The notes under the pieces are model-generated. The model saw nothing but the letters and a program-made list of their open reading frames with translations. It searched no databases and was not told where the DNA came from. Positions 19,900 through 30,851 of a DNA stretch of 64,000 nucleotides are shown here, in pieces. Position numbers and translations under genes: made by a program. Within the stretch, counting starts at the first letter, position 1. Every line of letters begins with the position of its first letter. The DNA is from Alphaproteobacteria bacterium. GTDB lineage: Bacteria; Pseudomonadota; Alphaproteobacteria; UBA828. Location of the stretch: the NCBI GenBank assembly GCA_963422645.2, contig CAXXVO010000009.1, positions 406,378 through 470,377 of the forward strand. The letters run 5' to 3'.

Positions 19900-21093
19900 A
19901 TGACACAGCTCCCAGCAGACGGCGCCCTCGCGCGCTTCACCGTGCTCGACCTCACCCGCTACCGGGCGGGGCCGACCGCGGCGCGCCAGCTTGCAGACTG
20001 GGGCGCCGACGTGATCAAGATCGAAGCGCCGGGGACACCGGGGACGGCGAGCGATCCGATCAAGGCCCGGCATGGCCCGGACTTCCAGAACCTGCACCGC
20101 AACAAGCGGAGCCTCACCCTGAACCTCAAGGAGCCCAACGGCGTCTCCATCTTCAAGCGCTTGGCGGAGAGCGCCGACGTGGTGGTGGAGAACTACCGCC
20201 CCGACGTGAAGCACCGGCTCGGCATCGATTACGAGACCCTCAGCGCCCTCAACCCCCGCCTGGTCTATGCCAGCCTCTCGGGCTTCGGTCAGGATGGCCC
20301 TTACGCGAAAAGACCGGGCTTCGACCAGATCGCCCAGGGCATGGGCGGGCTCATGTCGATCACCGGCGAGCCGGGCCGCGGGCCGATGCGCGTCGGCATC
20401 CCGGTCGCCGATCTCAGCGCCGGGCTCTATACGGCCATCGGCATCCTGGTCGCGCTGCTGGAGCGCGAGCACTCGGGCAAAGGGCAGTGGGTGCAGTCCT
20501 CCCTGCTGCAGGCGATGATCGCCCAGCTCGATTTTCAGGCCGCGCGCTACTTGTTTGAGGGCGAAGCACCCGGCCAGGCCGGCAACGACCACCCGACCAG
20601 CATCCCGACCGGCGTGTTCGAGACCGCCGACGGCCACATCAACATCGCGACCTCCGGCGGCGCCATCTACGAGCGCCTGTGCGAGTCACTCGGCATGCCA
20701 GAGCTGATCACCGACCCACGCTTCGCCACCGGCGACGGCCGCTCCAGGAATCGGGGCGCGCTCAACGCGCTCATCAACGAGCGCACGCGCACCAGGCCGA
20801 GCACGGATTGGGTGGAAGCATTTAACCAGGCCGGCGTCCCCTGCGGGCCGATCTATGCCATCGACGAGATGTTCGCCGACCCGCAGGTGAAGCACCTCGG
20901 CATGGCGCACCCTGTCGAGCACCCGACCCTCGGGGAAACGCACATCGTCTCCCAGGCGGCCCGGCTCAGCCGGACGCCCTTCAATGTGCACGGTGCGACG
21001 CCGGAGCTCGGCGCCCACACCGACGAAATCCTGGGGGCGCTCGGCTACGGTGCGGCGAACATCGCGGACCTGCGGGGCCGGGGTGTCGTGTAG
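19900..21093 (+). CDS. Family III CoA-transferase (CaiB/BaiF)
   Basis: RNKRSLTLNLK, ADVVVENYRP, SGFGQDGP, PELGAHT. Confidence 0.92.
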   Translation: MTQLPADGALARFTVLDLTRYRAGPTAARQLADWGADVIKIEAPGTPGTASDPIKARHGPDFQNLHRNKRSLTLNLKEPNGVSIFKRLAESADVVVENYRPDVKHRLGIDYETLSALNPRLVYASLSGFGQDGPYAKRPGFDQIAQGMGGLMSITGEPGRGPMRVGIPVADLSAGLYTAIGILVALLEREHSGKGQWVQSSLLQAMIAQLDFQAARYLFEGEAPGQAGNDHPTSIPTGVFETADGHINIATSGGAIYERLCESLGMPELITDPRFATGDGRSRNRGALNALINERTRTRPSTDWVEAFNQAGVPCGPIYAIDEMFADPQVKHLGMAHPVEHPTLGETHIVSQAARLSRTPFNVHGATPELGAHTDEILGALGYGAANIADLRGRGVV

Positions 21094-21138
21094 CCTCGGC
21101 GCCGCGCCTCTCCCCTGCATGCTTTTCAGGAATATCCG

Positions 21139-21927
21139 ATGACAGATCAACTCCTTGTCGATACCGACGGCGCCGTCGGCTGGATCACCTTCAACAACCC
21201 GGCGAAGCACAACGCGCTCTCGGTCGCCATGTGGCGCGCGCTGCCCGAGGCGCTGGACCGGCTCGAGGCGGACCCCGCGATTCGCGTGATTGTGCTCAAG
21301 GGCGCGGGCAAGAAGGCCTTCGTCTCGGGCGCGGATATCTCGGAGTTCGCGACCGAGCGCGCGAGCGAGCAGGCGGTTGCGGCCTATGACGAGCTCGCCG
21401 AAGGCGCGACCCATCGGCTTCGCAACGCGGACCGGCCGACCATCGCCATGATCCGGGGTTATTGCATGGGGGGTGGCCTCGGCCTCGCCATCGCCTGCGA
21501 CCTGCGGATCGCCGGCGCAGGCGCCACCTTCGCGATCCCCGCCGCACGGCTCGGTGTCGGCTACCGGATCGGCTCGCTCCAGCTGCTGACCGATCTCGTG
21601 GGGCCGGCCTTCGCCAAGGAGATTCTGATCACGGCGCGGCGCTTCTCCGCTGCGGAGGCCGAGCGCATCGGCCTGGTCAACCAGGCCGTCCCCGACGATT
21701 CGCTGGACGAGACCATCGAGCGCTACTGCGCCGGCATCGCGGCCAACGCGCCGCTTTCCATGCGCGCGAGCAAGCGCATGATCGCTGAGCTTGCGCGGGG
21801 CGGCGCCGAGGGCGTGGACTCGGCGCTCTGCGAGGAGCTGGTGACGGCCTGCTTCACCAGCGAGGACTACACCGAGGGGCGCACCGCGTTCATGGAGAAG
21901 CGGGCGCCCAAGTTCACGGGCCGCTGA
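21139..21927 (+). CDS. Enoyl-CoA hydratase/isomerase (crotonase family)
   Basis: AFVSGADI, GYCMGGG, EGRTAFMEKRAPKF. Confidence 0.92.
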   Translation: MTDQLLVDTDGAVGWITFNNPAKHNALSVAMWRALPEALDRLEADPAIRVIVLKGAGKKAFVSGADISEFATERASEQAVAAYDELAEGATHRLRNADRPTIAMIRGYCMGGGLGLAIACDLRIAGAGATFAIPAARLGVGYRIGSLQLLTDLVGPAFAKEILITARRFSAAEAERIGLVNQAVPDDSLDETIERYCAGIAANAPLSMRASKRMIAELARGGAEGVDSALCEELVTACFTSEDYTEGRTAFMEKRAPKFTGR

Positions 21928-22080
21928 CCCCCACGCTTCGCTGCAAGCGCAGGCCGCATCGCGCGGGAGCGAGACGCGGGCGCCGCACGAATGCGTGTTC
22001 CGAAGCCGTGACCTCCCGGTGCCACGCCCATGGGGACCACAGGCCTGTCAGGGCGGCGTCTTGCGAACACGGCAAATCAA

Positions 22081-22184
22081 TTGTTTCCGGCCTATTCCGG
22101 CTTATTCCGGCTCAAAGTGGCTCAAAGTGGTCCATAGTGGCTCAAACATGGCGGTTCAAAGTGGCTCAAAGCGGCCAAAAGCGG
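22081..22184. repeat. Degenerate 10-bp tandem array
   Basis: Units ttgtttccgg, cctattccgg, cttattccgg, ctcaaagtgg x2, tccatagtgg, ctcaaacatg, then (after gcgg) ttcaaagtgg, ctcaaagcgg, ccaaaagcgg. Confidence 0.8.
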
Positions 22185-22388
22185 ACCGGGCGGCGACCCT
22201 CCCCGCTCGTGCTACCGACGACGGTGCGGGCCCCTTCATCCTCTTTCCGCCGGTGGCGCCCCGCTCGCTTTCGTCCTGAATGGTCTTGTGCTGCATGGCC
22301 TAAGGGTGGCGCGTGCGCCACGCCCTGTGCACCGCACCATGGTTCGGGGCGACGGCGGGCAGATCACCGCCGTTGCGGCAAGTCCGCC

Positions 22389-22973
22389 CTAAATCCGTTC
22401 CGAGAGCCAGATCGCGAGTCGGGTGCCGCGCTTGACCGCGACGGAGAGCGCCCCGTAGCCCGGCGCCTGCTCGGCCCCGTGGGCGAGTCCGGTCTGGCGG
22501 TGATGGGCCTCGTCGGCGCCGAATTCCTCGAGCGTCTGGCGCAACTCGGCCTCGTCCTCGCCGAGGCGGCTGGCCTGGCCCGCGTAGTGCTCCTCGATCA
22601 CCTCCTCGACCGCGACGGTGCACGCCATCGCCGCCCGCTCGCCGAGCAGCGCGCTCGCCGCGCCGAGCGCAAAGCCCGCGGCATGCCAGACCGGGGAGAG
22701 CAGGGTCGGCCGCACCCGGCGCTCCACCAGCAGGGCGTCGAAGGCATCCAGATGCGCCTGCTCGGCCTCGGCCATCTCGCGGATCGCGGGCGCGGCGCCG
22801 CTCTTGCCCAGCACCGCAAGCTGGCCGTCGTAGATCCGCTTGGCGCCGTACTCGCCGGCGTGATCCACCCGGATCATGCGGGCGATCGTCTCCTCCCGCG
22901 TCGGGTCGCCGGGCAGCCGGTCCTCGCCCGTGACGGCGGGCCGCGCCTCTTCGCGCCTCTCGTCCTTGTTCAT
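22389..22973 (-). CDS. coq7: Demethoxyubiquinone hydroxylase
   Basis: MIRVDHAGEYGA...IYDGQ, AMACTVAVEEVIEEHY, DEAHH di-iron ligands. Confidence 0.92.
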   Translation of the reverse strand: MNKDERREEARPAVTGEDRLPGDPTREETIARMIRVDHAGEYGAKRIYDGQLAVLGKSGAAPAIREMAEAEQAHLDAFDALLVERRVRPTLLSPVWHAAGFALGAASALLGERAAMACTVAVEEVIEEHYAGQASRLGEDEAELRQTLEEFGADEAHHRQTGLAHGAEQAPGYGALSVAVKRGTRLAIWLSERI

Positions 22974-23458
22974 GCGCCTGCCCTCCAGAGCCGGACCGCA
23001 CCGAAGCTCGCCACCGCCGCCATGATGACCGAGGCGATGGCGTTCCAGCCTGCGAGCGAGACGCCGATCAGCGACCACGGCACCTCGTCGCAGCGGGTGA
23101 GCGGCGCGTCCATGACCTGGGCCCGGATGTCCTCGATCGTGCCGCCGCTCATCGGCGCGGCGCACGCGCTCGCGAACCAGCCCTGCTCGACCCCCACATG
23201 GTAGACCCCGTAGCCGGCGCTCACCAGGAGCGCGAGGCCGCAGAGCGCGAGCAGCCCGATCCGCACCCGCCCGCCTGCGACGATGGCGGCGACGAGGCCC
23301 AGCCCGAAGACGGCGAAGTGGGGATAGCGCTGGATCAGGCAGAGCGGGCAAGGCGCGAGCCCGCCCACGTGCTGGGAGAGATAGGCGCCGAGCAGCAGCG
23401 CGGCGCTCGCCGCCGCAACGAGCAGAGGAATGGCGCGCTCGCCCGCCCACCGCTGCAT
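22970..23458 (-). CDS. Disulfide bond formation protein B family
   Basis: PCPLCLIQR, YHVGVEQGW, second Cys pair, SLAGWN. Confidence 0.88.
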   Translation of the reverse strand: MQRWAGERAIPLLVAAASAALLLGAYLSQHVGGLAPCPLCLIQRYPHFAVFGLGLVAAIVAGGRVRIGLLALCGLALLVSAGYGVYHVGVEQGWFASACAAPMSGGTIEDIRAQVMDAPLTRCDEVPWSLIGVSLAGWNAIASVIMAAVASFGAVRLWRAGA

Positions 23459-23474
23459 CGCCGCAACCAAGGGG

Positions 23475-23942
23475 CTAGGTGGCGGCGCCCGCCGCCAGAT
23501 CGCGCCGCACGATCGCAGCGCTGATCATGGTCATCACCACCTCATCGCGCTGGTTCAGCACCTCCATCCGGTAGCGCACGATTCCGCGATCCGGGTTCGA
23601 GCGGGACGCCCGCGTCTCCAGGATTTCGCCGCGCGCGCGGAGGGTATCGCCCGGGCGGACGGGCTGGAGCCAGCGCAGCTCGTCGACTCCCGGCGAGCCG
23701 ATGCTGATCTCGGGCACGAACACTCGGGTCTGGAAGAACAGGCGCAGCGCCACGGCGATGGTCTGGATGCCGCTCGCGATGAGCCCGCCGTAGGGCCCCG
23801 CCTCGGCATAGGCAACATCCATATGGAAGGGCTGCGGATCGTAGCGGAAGGCGAAGTCCAGAATCTCCGCCTCACTCAAGGTCTTGCCCGCAGTCTCGAA
23901 CCGCGCGCCGGGCCTTATGTCGTCGAAGTACCAGTTGTACAT
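23475..23942 (-). CDS. MaoC-family dehydratase
   Basis: YDPQPFHMD, GLIASG, LRWLQPVRPGD. Confidence 0.9.
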   Translation of the reverse strand: MYNWYFDDIRPGARFETAGKTLSEAEILDFAFRYDPQPFHMDVAYAEAGPYGGLIASGIQTIAVALRLFFQTRVFVPEISIGSPGVDELRWLQPVRPGDTLRARGEILETRASRSNPDRGIVRYRMEVLNQRDEVVMTMISAAIVRRDLAAGAAT

Positions 23943-24006
23943 AGGAACCCCTGATGACGCGTGACTAATCTAGGAAGCGCCGGGCCGAGCGCCAAGCGCG
24001 GGTGCC

Positions 24007-25218
24007 TCAATCGGCGTCGCGAACCGCAATCATCTGCTCGAAGCCCCGCTCCAGGTCGGCGATGAGGTCGTCCGGGTCCTCTAACCCCGCATAGATGCGG
24101 AGCAGCGGATAGGTCGGATCCCACTGGGTCGCGTCCCTGAGCTTCCAGGGATAGGTGGGGAGCGCCAGGCTCTCGTAGCCGCCCCAGGAATAGCCGAGCC
24201 CGAAGAGCGCGAGCGAGTCGAGAAAGGCGTCGACCGCCGGCTCGGGCACCGGCTCCAGAATCACGCCGAAGAGGCTGGAGGCGCCGGAGAAGTCGCGCTT
24301 CCAGAGCGCATGACCGGGGTCGTCCTCCAGCGCTGGATGGAGCACCCGCCGGACCTCGGGGCGCGCCTGGAACCAGCGGGCGAGCGCGAGACCGGTCTCC
24401 TGGTGCCGGTGCAGGCGGACAGAGAGCGTGCGCAGGCCGCGCAGGCCCAGATAGCAGTCGTCCGGCCCGGGTGCGGCACCAAGCTCCTCGAAGATGCGCC
24501 GCACCGGCTCGACCTGAGCTTCGGTGGTGGTGACCGAACCCAGCATCGCGTCCGAATGGCCCACGATGTACTTGGTGCAGGCCTGGATCGAGACGTCTGC
24601 GCCCAGGGCGAGAGGCTGACAAAAGAGCGGCGAGGCCCAGGTGTTGTCCACGATCAGCACCGCGCCCCGCTCATGGGCAGCAGCCGCGAGCGCCGGAAAG
24701 TCCTGGATCTCGAAGGTGAGCGAGCCGGGCGACTCGCCCACCACCACGCTGGTGTTGTCGCGCATCAGGTCCGCGATGCCGGCGCCGATGCAGGGGTCGT
24801 AGAAGGCGGTCTCGACCCCCATGCGCTTGAGCAGCCCCTTCGCGAGGCTGCGCGTGGGCCCGTAGGCGCTGTCGGTCATCAGCACGTGGTCGCCGCTCTT
24901 CACGAAGGCGAGCAGCGCGGCCACGATCGCAGCCTTGCCGGAGCCGAAGAGATAGGTCCGGTAGCCCTGCTCCAGCGCGGCGATGGAATCCTGCAGCGGG
25001 AAGGTCGTGGGCGTCCCGTAGCGGCCGTAATAGGTCTTGCCGTACTCGCGCGGGCCGAAGGTCGCCTCCTTCAGCGCCGCCGCGGTCTCGTGAAGGATCG
25101 TCGACGCGTGATAGACGGGCGGGTTGACCACGCCGTGGTTCGCCGCCGGGTCGCGCCCGAGCACCGAGAGCAGAGTCTCGTCCCGGTAGCGCCCCTTCGC
25201 GCCGCTCTCCTTGCTCAT
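24007..25218 (-). CDS. metC: Cystathionine beta-lyase
   Basis: VNPPVYHAST, YGRYGTPT, DNTWA, TKYIVGHSD, GYSWGGYESL. Confidence 0.93.
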   Translation of the reverse strand: MSKESGAKGRYRDETLLSVLGRDPAANHGVVNPPVYHASTILHETAAALKEATFGPREYGKTYYGRYGTPTTFPLQDSIAALEQGYRTYLFGSGKAAIVAALLAFVKSGDHVLMTDSAYGPTRSLAKGLLKRMGVETAFYDPCIGAGIADLMRDNTSVVVGESPGSLTFEIQDFPALAAAAHERGAVLIVDNTWASPLFCQPLALGADVSIQACTKYIVGHSDAMLGSVTTTEAQVEPVRRIFEELGAAPGPDDCYLGLRGLRTLSVRLHRHQETGLALARWFQARPEVRRVLHPALEDDPGHALWKRDFSGASSLFGVILEPVPEPAVDAFLDSLALFGLGYSWGGYESLALPTYPWKLRDATQWDPTYPLLRIYAGLEDPDDLIADLERGFEQMIAVRDAD

Positions 25219-25243
25219 GGCCAGCGCCCGCGAGGACGAGCCC

Positions 25244-26965
25244 TCAAATGTCCGCGAAGCAATGGGTTTCTGCAGCGCCGCCGGGATGCGTCACCGCGCC
25301 CTGGTAGGCGGGGCCCACGGTCACCGCGTACTTCCAGAGCACGCCCGCCTGATAGTCGTGCGAGCGCTCCGTCCAGGACTTGCGGCGCTCCGCGAGTTCC
25401 GCGTCGGAGAGCGCCACGCTGAGCTCGCCGCTGGTTGCGTCGATGGTCACCTGATCGCCGTCGCGCAGCAGGGCGATGGGACCGCCGACTGCGGCCTCCG
25501 GCCCCACGTGGCCGATGCAGAAGCCCCGCGTCGCACCGGAGAAGCGGCCGTCGGTGATGAGCGCGACCTCTTCGCCCTTGCCCTGGCCGTAGATCTGCGA
25601 GGTGACGGCCAGCATCTCGCGCATGCCGGGGCCACCCTTCGGCCCCTCGTAGCGGATCACGATCACGTCGCCCGACTTGTAGTCGCGGCTGACGACGGCC
25701 TTCATCGCCTCCTCCTCGGTGTCGAAGCAGCGCGCAGGGCCGACGTGACGCAGCCGCGTGAGGCCGGCCACCTTCACGATTGCCCCTTCCGGCGAGAGGT
25801 TGCCGCTGAGCCCGACCACGCCGCCGGTGGGCGAGAGCGGCGCAGCGGTCGGCACCACCACGTCCTGCTCGGTGGGGAACCTCACGTCCGCAAGGTTCTC
25901 GGCGAGTGTCTTGCCGGTCACGGTCAGGCAGTCGCCGTGCAGGTAGCCGCCTTCGAGCAGCGCCTTGAGCACGACGGGCACGCCGCCCACCTCGAACAGG
26001 TCCTTCGCCACGTAGCGTCCGCCCGGCTTGAGGTCGGCGATGTAGGGCGTGCGCTTGAAGACCTCCGCCACCGCTGCGAGGTCGAAGTCGATCCCCGCCT
26101 CGTTGGCGATGGCGGGCAGGTGCAGGCCTGCGTTGGTCGAGCCGCCGGTGGCCGCCACCACCGTCGCCGCGTTCTCCATCGCCTTCCGCGTGACGATATC
26201 GCGCGGGCGGATGTTGCTCTCCAGCAGGTCCATGACGCAGTTACCGGAGGCCACGGCGAACTCGTCGCGGGACTCGTAGACGGCGGGAGCTCCCGCCGAA
26301 TGCGGCAGCGCAAGCCCGATCGCCTCGGAGACGCAGGCCATGGTGTTGGCGGTGAACTGCCCGCCGCAGGAGCCGCCGGAGGGACACGCCACCGCCTCGA
26401 GTTCGGCCAGATCCTCCTCCGTGACATCGCCCTCGTTGAGCTTGCCGTAATACTCGTAGACGTCCATGACCGTGACGTCCTTGCCCCGGAAGCGCCCCGG
26501 CAGGATGGAGCCGCCGTAGAGGAAGACGCCCGGCACGTTGAGCCGCACCAGCGCCATCATCATGCCGGGCAGCGACTTGTCGCAGCCGGCGATGCCCACC
26601 AGCGCGTCGTAGGAGTGCCCGCGCATGGTGAGCTCCACCGAATCGGCGATCACGTCGCGCGAGACCAGCGAGGACTTCATGCCCTGGTGGCCCATGGCGA
26701 TGCCGTCGGTCACTGTGATCGTGGTGAACTCGCGCGGCGTGCCGCCCGACTCATCCACCCCCGCCTTCGCCGCCAGCGCCTGGCGGCGCAGCGTGATGTT
26801 GCAGGGCGCGGTCTCGTTCCAAGTGGTGGCGACGCCCACGATGGGCCGACTCATCGCCTGGCGAGAGACGCCCATGGCATAGAAGAACGAGCGGTGCGCC
26901 GCGCTCTTCGCCCCTTCGGTGATGTGCCTGCTCGGCAGCTTCGACTTGTCGAATTTCGTGCTCAT
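25244..26965 (-). CDS. ilvD: Dihydroxy-acid dehydratase
   Basis: [45 protein letters not shown]. Confidence 0.95.
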   Translation of the reverse strand: MSTKFDKSKLPSRHITEGAKSAAHRSFFYAMGVSRQAMSRPIVGVATTWNETAPCNITLRRQALAAKAGVDESGGTPREFTTITVTDGIAMGHQGMKSSLVSRDVIADSVELTMRGHSYDALVGIAGCDKSLPGMMMALVRLNVPGVFLYGGSILPGRFRGKDVTVMDVYEYYGKLNEGDVTEEDLAELEAVACPSGGSCGGQFTANTMACVSEAIGLALPHSAGAPAVYESRDEFAVASGNCVMDLLESNIRPRDIVTRKAMENAATVVAATGGSTNAGLHLPAIANEAGIDFDLAAVAEVFKRTPYIADLKPGGRYVAKDLFEVGGVPVVLKALLEGGYLHGDCLTVTGKTLAENLADVRFPTEQDVVVPTAAPLSPTGGVVGLSGNLSPEGAIVKVAGLTRLRHVGPARCFDTEEEAMKAVVSRDYKSGDVIVIRYEGPKGGPGMREMLAVTSQIYGQGKGEEVALITDGRFSGATRGFCIGHVGPEAAVGGPIALLRDGDQVTIDATSGELSVALSDAELAERRKSWTERSHDYQAGVLWKYAVTVGPAYQGAVTHPGGAAETHCFADI

Positions 26966-27111
26966 GGCGCCCTTCCCCCTCGCACCGCCCACCCGCTCGG
27001 GGCGGCGCGCCAAATTCCGCGTGGTCCGGCCCGGTCAGGCCCGTCCCGCCGGCGCAGGGCTTACTCGCCCCCGTAGGCTTCGGTCAAGCCGCGCGTGCAG
27101 TTACGGCGCCG

Positions 27112-29763
27112 TCACGACGCCGCGATACGTTCCAGCGCGGCCTTGAGCCGGGCCTCCGCCGTGCAGGCCTCGTCGAGGCGCACGCGCTGCTCTTCGACGA
27201 CGTGTGCGGGCGCGCGCGCCAGAAACTGCTCGTTCGCGAGCTTGCTCTCCAGCTTGGCGCGCTCCTTGCCCAACTTGCCGAGCTCTCGGTCGAGCCTCGC
27301 GCGCTCCTTGTCGAACTCGATCACGCCGGCGAGGGGCAACACGATGGTCGCCTCGTCCAGCATCATCTGCACCGAGCCGGATGGCACGTCGCCGTCCAGC
27401 GCCTCGGCCTCGCTGAGCCGGGCGAGGCGGGCGATGACCTCGCGGTGGCGATCGAGCCGTGCCGCCGTCTCCGCCGCGCACCCGCGCAAGCCGAGCGCGA
27501 TGCGGGCGCCGGCCGGCACGTTCATCTCGGCCCTGACGGCGCGGACGGCGGTGACCAGCCGCACCACCCAGTCCATCTCGCGCGCGGCGTCGGTGTCGCC
27601 GATGCCTTCGTCGAACGCGGGCCAGGGCGCCGCGATCAGGGTGCCCTCCCGCCCCTCGTCGATCCGGCCCCAGAGCTCTTCGGTCACGAAGGGCATGAAG
27701 GGATGGAGCAGGCCCAGAATGGTATCCAGCACCCACGCGGCGGTCGCGCGGGTCTCGTCCTTCGCCGGCCCGTCGGGGCCGGCGAGCGTGGTCTTGGAGA
27801 ACTCCAGGTACCAATCGCAGAAGACATCCCAGGTGAAGTGGTAGACCGCGCCGGCCGCCGCGTCGAGGCGGTATGAGTCGAGCGCCGCGGTCACGTCGCG
27901 CGCGGCGCGGGCGGCCTCGCCAACGATCCAGCGGTTGATCTGGCCCTCGGCTTGAGCGGGGGCGAAGCCGGGGACCGGCTGGCACCCGTTGGCCTCGCAG
28001 AAGCGCGCGGCGTTCCAGAGCTTGGTGGCGAAGTTGCGGTAGCCGGCGACCCGGCTCTCGGCGAGCTTGATGTCGCGTCCCTGCGCCTCCATCGCCGCCA
28101 GCGTGAAGCGCAGCGCGTCGGCGCCGTACTTGTCGATCAGCGCGAGCGGGTCGATCACGTTGCCCTTGCTCTTCGACATCTTCTGCCCCTTCTCGTCGCG
28201 CACCAGAGCGTGGATGTAGACCGTGCGGAAGGGGATATCGCCCATGAAGTGCATACCGAGCATCACCATCCGGGCGACCCAGAAGAAGATGATGTCGAAG
28301 CCCGTGATCAGGTCGCTGTTGGGGTAGTAGGTCTCGAGCGCCTCGGTGCGCTCGGGCCAGCCGAGGGTCGAGAAGGGCCAGAGCCCTGAGCTGAACCAGG
28401 TATCCAGCACGTCCTCGTCGCGGCTCAGCGGTTCCGCCCTGCCGTAGTGCTGCGCCGCCTGCTCCTCGGCCTCGGCCTCGGAAGTCGCGACGAAGACATG
28501 GCCGTCGGGGCCATACCACGCCGGGATGCGGTGCCCCCACCAGAGCTGGCGTGAAATGCACCAGGGCTGGATGTTGCGCATCCACTCGAAATAGGTGTTG
28601 GTCCAGCGCTCGGGCACGAAGCGGATGCGGCCGTCCTCCACCGCCCCGATTGCAGGATTGGCCAGCGTCTTGGCATCGACGTACCACTGGTCCGTGAGCC
28701 ACGGCTCGATCACCGCGCCCGAGCGGTCGCCGTGGGGCACGGTGTGGAGGTGCGCTTCGATCGCCTCGATCAGGCCTTGCGCTTCGAGGTCGGCGAGCAC
28801 GCGCTCGCGCGCCTCCATCCGGTCGAGCCCTCGGTAGGCCTCGGGCGCGTTCTCGTTGATCCGGGCCTCGGCGTCGAACACGTTGACGACCTCGAGGTCG
28901 TGCCGGCGGCCCACCTCGAAATCGTTGAAGTCGTGGGCCGGCGTGATCTTCACCGCGCCCGAGCCCTGCTCGGGATCGGCGTACTCGTCGGCGACGACGG
29001 GCATGCGGCGGCCGACCAGCGGCAGTATGGCGTGACTGCCGATGAGGCCCCGATAGCGCTCGTCTTCCGGGTGCACGGCGACGGCGGTATCGCCCAGCAT
29101 GGTCTCGGGCCGGGTGGTGGCGACGACGATGTGCTCGCCGGGCCGTCCCTCCAGCGGATAGCGGATGTGCCAGAGCTTACCGTCCCGCATCTCGCGCTGC
29201 TCGACCTCCAGGTCAGAGATCGCGGTGCCCAGCACGGGGTCCCAGTTGACCAGGCGCTTGTCGCGGTAGATGAGCCCCTGCCGGTAGAGACTGACGAAGA
29301 CCTCGATCACCGCCCGGCTCAGGCCCTCGTCCATGGTGAAGCGCTCGCGCGACCAGTCGGGCGAGGCGCCGAGGCGACGAAGCTGACGGCCGATGGCGCC
29401 GCCGGATTCGGCCTTCCAGGACCATACCCGGTCGATGAAGGCCTCGCGGCCGAGGGTGCGACGGTCCCTGCCCTCCTCGGCAAGCTGGCGCTCGACCACC
29501 ATTTGCGTTGCGATGCCCGCGTGGTCCATGCCGGGCTGCCAGAGCGCGTTGCGGCCGGTCTTGCGGCGATAGCGGGTAAGCACGTCCTGCAGCGTGTTGT
29601 TGAGGGCATGGCCCATGTGCAGGCTGCCGGTGACGTTCGGCGGCGGCATCATCACGCACCAGGGCTCAGCCCCGCCGGGGCGCCCGGCAAAGCCGGCGCT
29701 CTTCTCCCAAAGGTCGTATAGACGGCCCTCGAAATCGGCAGGCCGATAGGTCTTCTCCAGCAT
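27112..29763 (-). CDS. valS: Valyl-tRNA synthetase
   Basis: [29 protein letters not shown]. Confidence 0.98.
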   Translation of the reverse strand: MLEKTYRPADFEGRLYDLWEKSAGFAGRPGGAEPWCVMMPPPNVTGSLHMGHALNNTLQDVLTRYRRKTGRNALWQPGMDHAGIATQMVVERQLAEEGRDRRTLGREAFIDRVWSWKAESGGAIGRQLRRLGASPDWSRERFTMDEGLSRAVIEVFVSLYRQGLIYRDKRLVNWDPVLGTAISDLEVEQREMRDGKLWHIRYPLEGRPGEHIVVATTRPETMLGDTAVAVHPEDERYRGLIGSHAILPLVGRRMPVVADEYADPEQGSGAVKITPAHDFNDFEVGRRHDLEVVNVFDAEARINENAPEAYRGLDRMEARERVLADLEAQGLIEAIEAHLHTVPHGDRSGAVIEPWLTDQWYVDAKTLANPAIGAVEDGRIRFVPERWTNTYFEWMRNIQPWCISRQLWWGHRIPAWYGPDGHVFVATSEAEAEEQAAQHYGRAEPLSRDEDVLDTWFSSGLWPFSTLGWPERTEALETYYPNSDLITGFDIIFFWVARMVMLGMHFMGDIPFRTVYIHALVRDEKGQKMSKSKGNVIDPLALIDKYGADALRFTLAAMEAQGRDIKLAESRVAGYRNFATKLWNAARFCEANGCQPVPGFAPAQAEGQINRWIVGEAARAARDVTAALDSYRLDAAAGAVYHFTWDVFCDWYLEFSKTTLAGPDGPAKDETRATAAWVLDTILGLLHPFMPFVTEELWGRIDEGREGTLIAAPWPAFDEGIGDTDAAREMDWVVRLVTAVRAVRAEMNVPAGARIALGLRGCAAETAARLDRHREVIARLARLSEAEALDGDVPSGSVQMMLDEATIVLPLAGVIEFDKERARLDRELGKLGKERAKLESKLANEQFLARAPAHVVEEQRVRLDEACTAEARLKAALERIAAS

Positions 29764-29836
29764 CGTCGTCTCGTAACCGTTTCAGGGAGATAGGGCTAGT
29801 GTGGCAGCAGGAGGAAAGGCACCCGTCGGGAGCGTC

Positions 29837-30250
29837 TCACTCGGGTTCGGACCGGTCAGTCGCGCGTTCGAGCTCGCGCTTGACCATGCGCTCGACCATC
29901 GGCGGCATGTGGGTGTCGAGCCAGGTCTGGAGCATCGGCCGAAGCGTCTCCAGCACCTGCGCCTCGGTTGCCGGGCCGCCCGCTACGGTCCCCGGCGGGT
30001 TCGAGTCCGACGGAGTGCCCTCGCGCGCCCGGTCCAGATGGATCACGTTGCCCTGCTCGTCCACCATATCGACCAGGTCGAGGATGTCGTCCTTATCCTC
30101 GCCCCCGACTACCTCCGGCGCGGACGCAGCTTCCGGTGAAGCCTCGCCATCCGGGCTCGGCGCGCGGCCCTCGCCCTCGGAGACGATCCGGCCGATGGAC
30201 TCGAGGATCTGCTGCTTCGAAAGGTCTGTGCTGGACGTTTGACTGGTCAT
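29837..30250 (-). CDS. popZ: Polar organizing protein PopZ / DUF2497
   Basis: N-terminal ILESIGRIV helix, acidic/Pro linker, C-terminal LRPMLQTWLDTHMPPMVERMV; adjacent to valS. Confidence 0.8.
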   Translation of the reverse strand: MTSQTSSTDLSKQQILESIGRIVSEGEGRAPSPDGEASPEAASAPEVVGGEDKDDILDLVDMVDEQGNVIHLDRAREGTPSDSNPPGTVAGGPATEAQVLETLRPMLQTWLDTHMPPMVERMVKRELERATDRSEPE

Positions 30251-30371
30251 GGACCCGTGCCGCCGGGCGCTTGACGGTGCTTGGCGCCGAGCCTAGGCCA
30301 ATCGGTCCGCGATTGCCACCGCGCGGGCCGGCATTTGGGTGGCGGCGGTCGCTTTGGGCGCCATGCTGACC

Positions 30372-30377
30372 TATAAT
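30372..30377 (+). promoter_or_regulatory. Putative sigma70 -10 box for the fur-olsB-olsA operon
   Basis: Perfect TATAAT in a GC-rich intergenic region upstream of the GTG at 30414; no clear -35. Confidence 0.4.
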
Positions 30378-30413
30378 GCCGCGAGTCACACGGCCGCGGA
30401 GAAGCAGGCCCCC

Positions 30414-30836
30414 GTGCCGGCATCGACCCTCGAACAGCGATGCGCCGAGATCGGTCTGAAGATGACCGAGCAGCGGCGCGTGATCGCGCGCGTCCTCTCG
30501 GACGCGAACGACCATCCCGACGTGGAGGGGCTCCATCGGCGCGCGACGGCCATCGACCCTCGCATCAGCCTGGCGACGGTCTATCGCACGGTGCGACTCT
30601 TCGAGGAGTGCGGCCTGCTGGAGCGCCACGATTTCCGCGACGGGCGGGCGCGTTACGAGGAACACCCCGACGAGCACCACGACCACCTGATCGACCTCAC
30701 GTCGGGCAAGGTGGTGGAGTTCCAGAACGAAGAGATCGAGGCACTCCAGGCCGCTGTCGCCAAGGCGCTCGGCTACAAGCTCGTGGATCACCGGCTGGAG
30801 CTTTACGCTGTCCCGTTGGACACGCCAGAGGATTAG
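30414..30836 (+). CDS. fur: Fur/Mur family transcriptional regulator
   Basis: MTEQRRVI, SLATVYRTVRLFEE, HHDHLID; start could instead be the ATG at 30363. Confidence 0.9.
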   Translation: MPASTLEQRCAEIGLKMTEQRRVIARVLSDANDHPDVEGLHRRATAIDPRISLATVYRTVRLFEECGLLERHDFRDGRARYEEHPDEHHDHLIDLTSGKVVEFQNEEIEALQAAVAKALGYKLVDHRLELYAVPLDTPED

Positions 30837-30851
30837 CGCAGGCGGGAGCCC

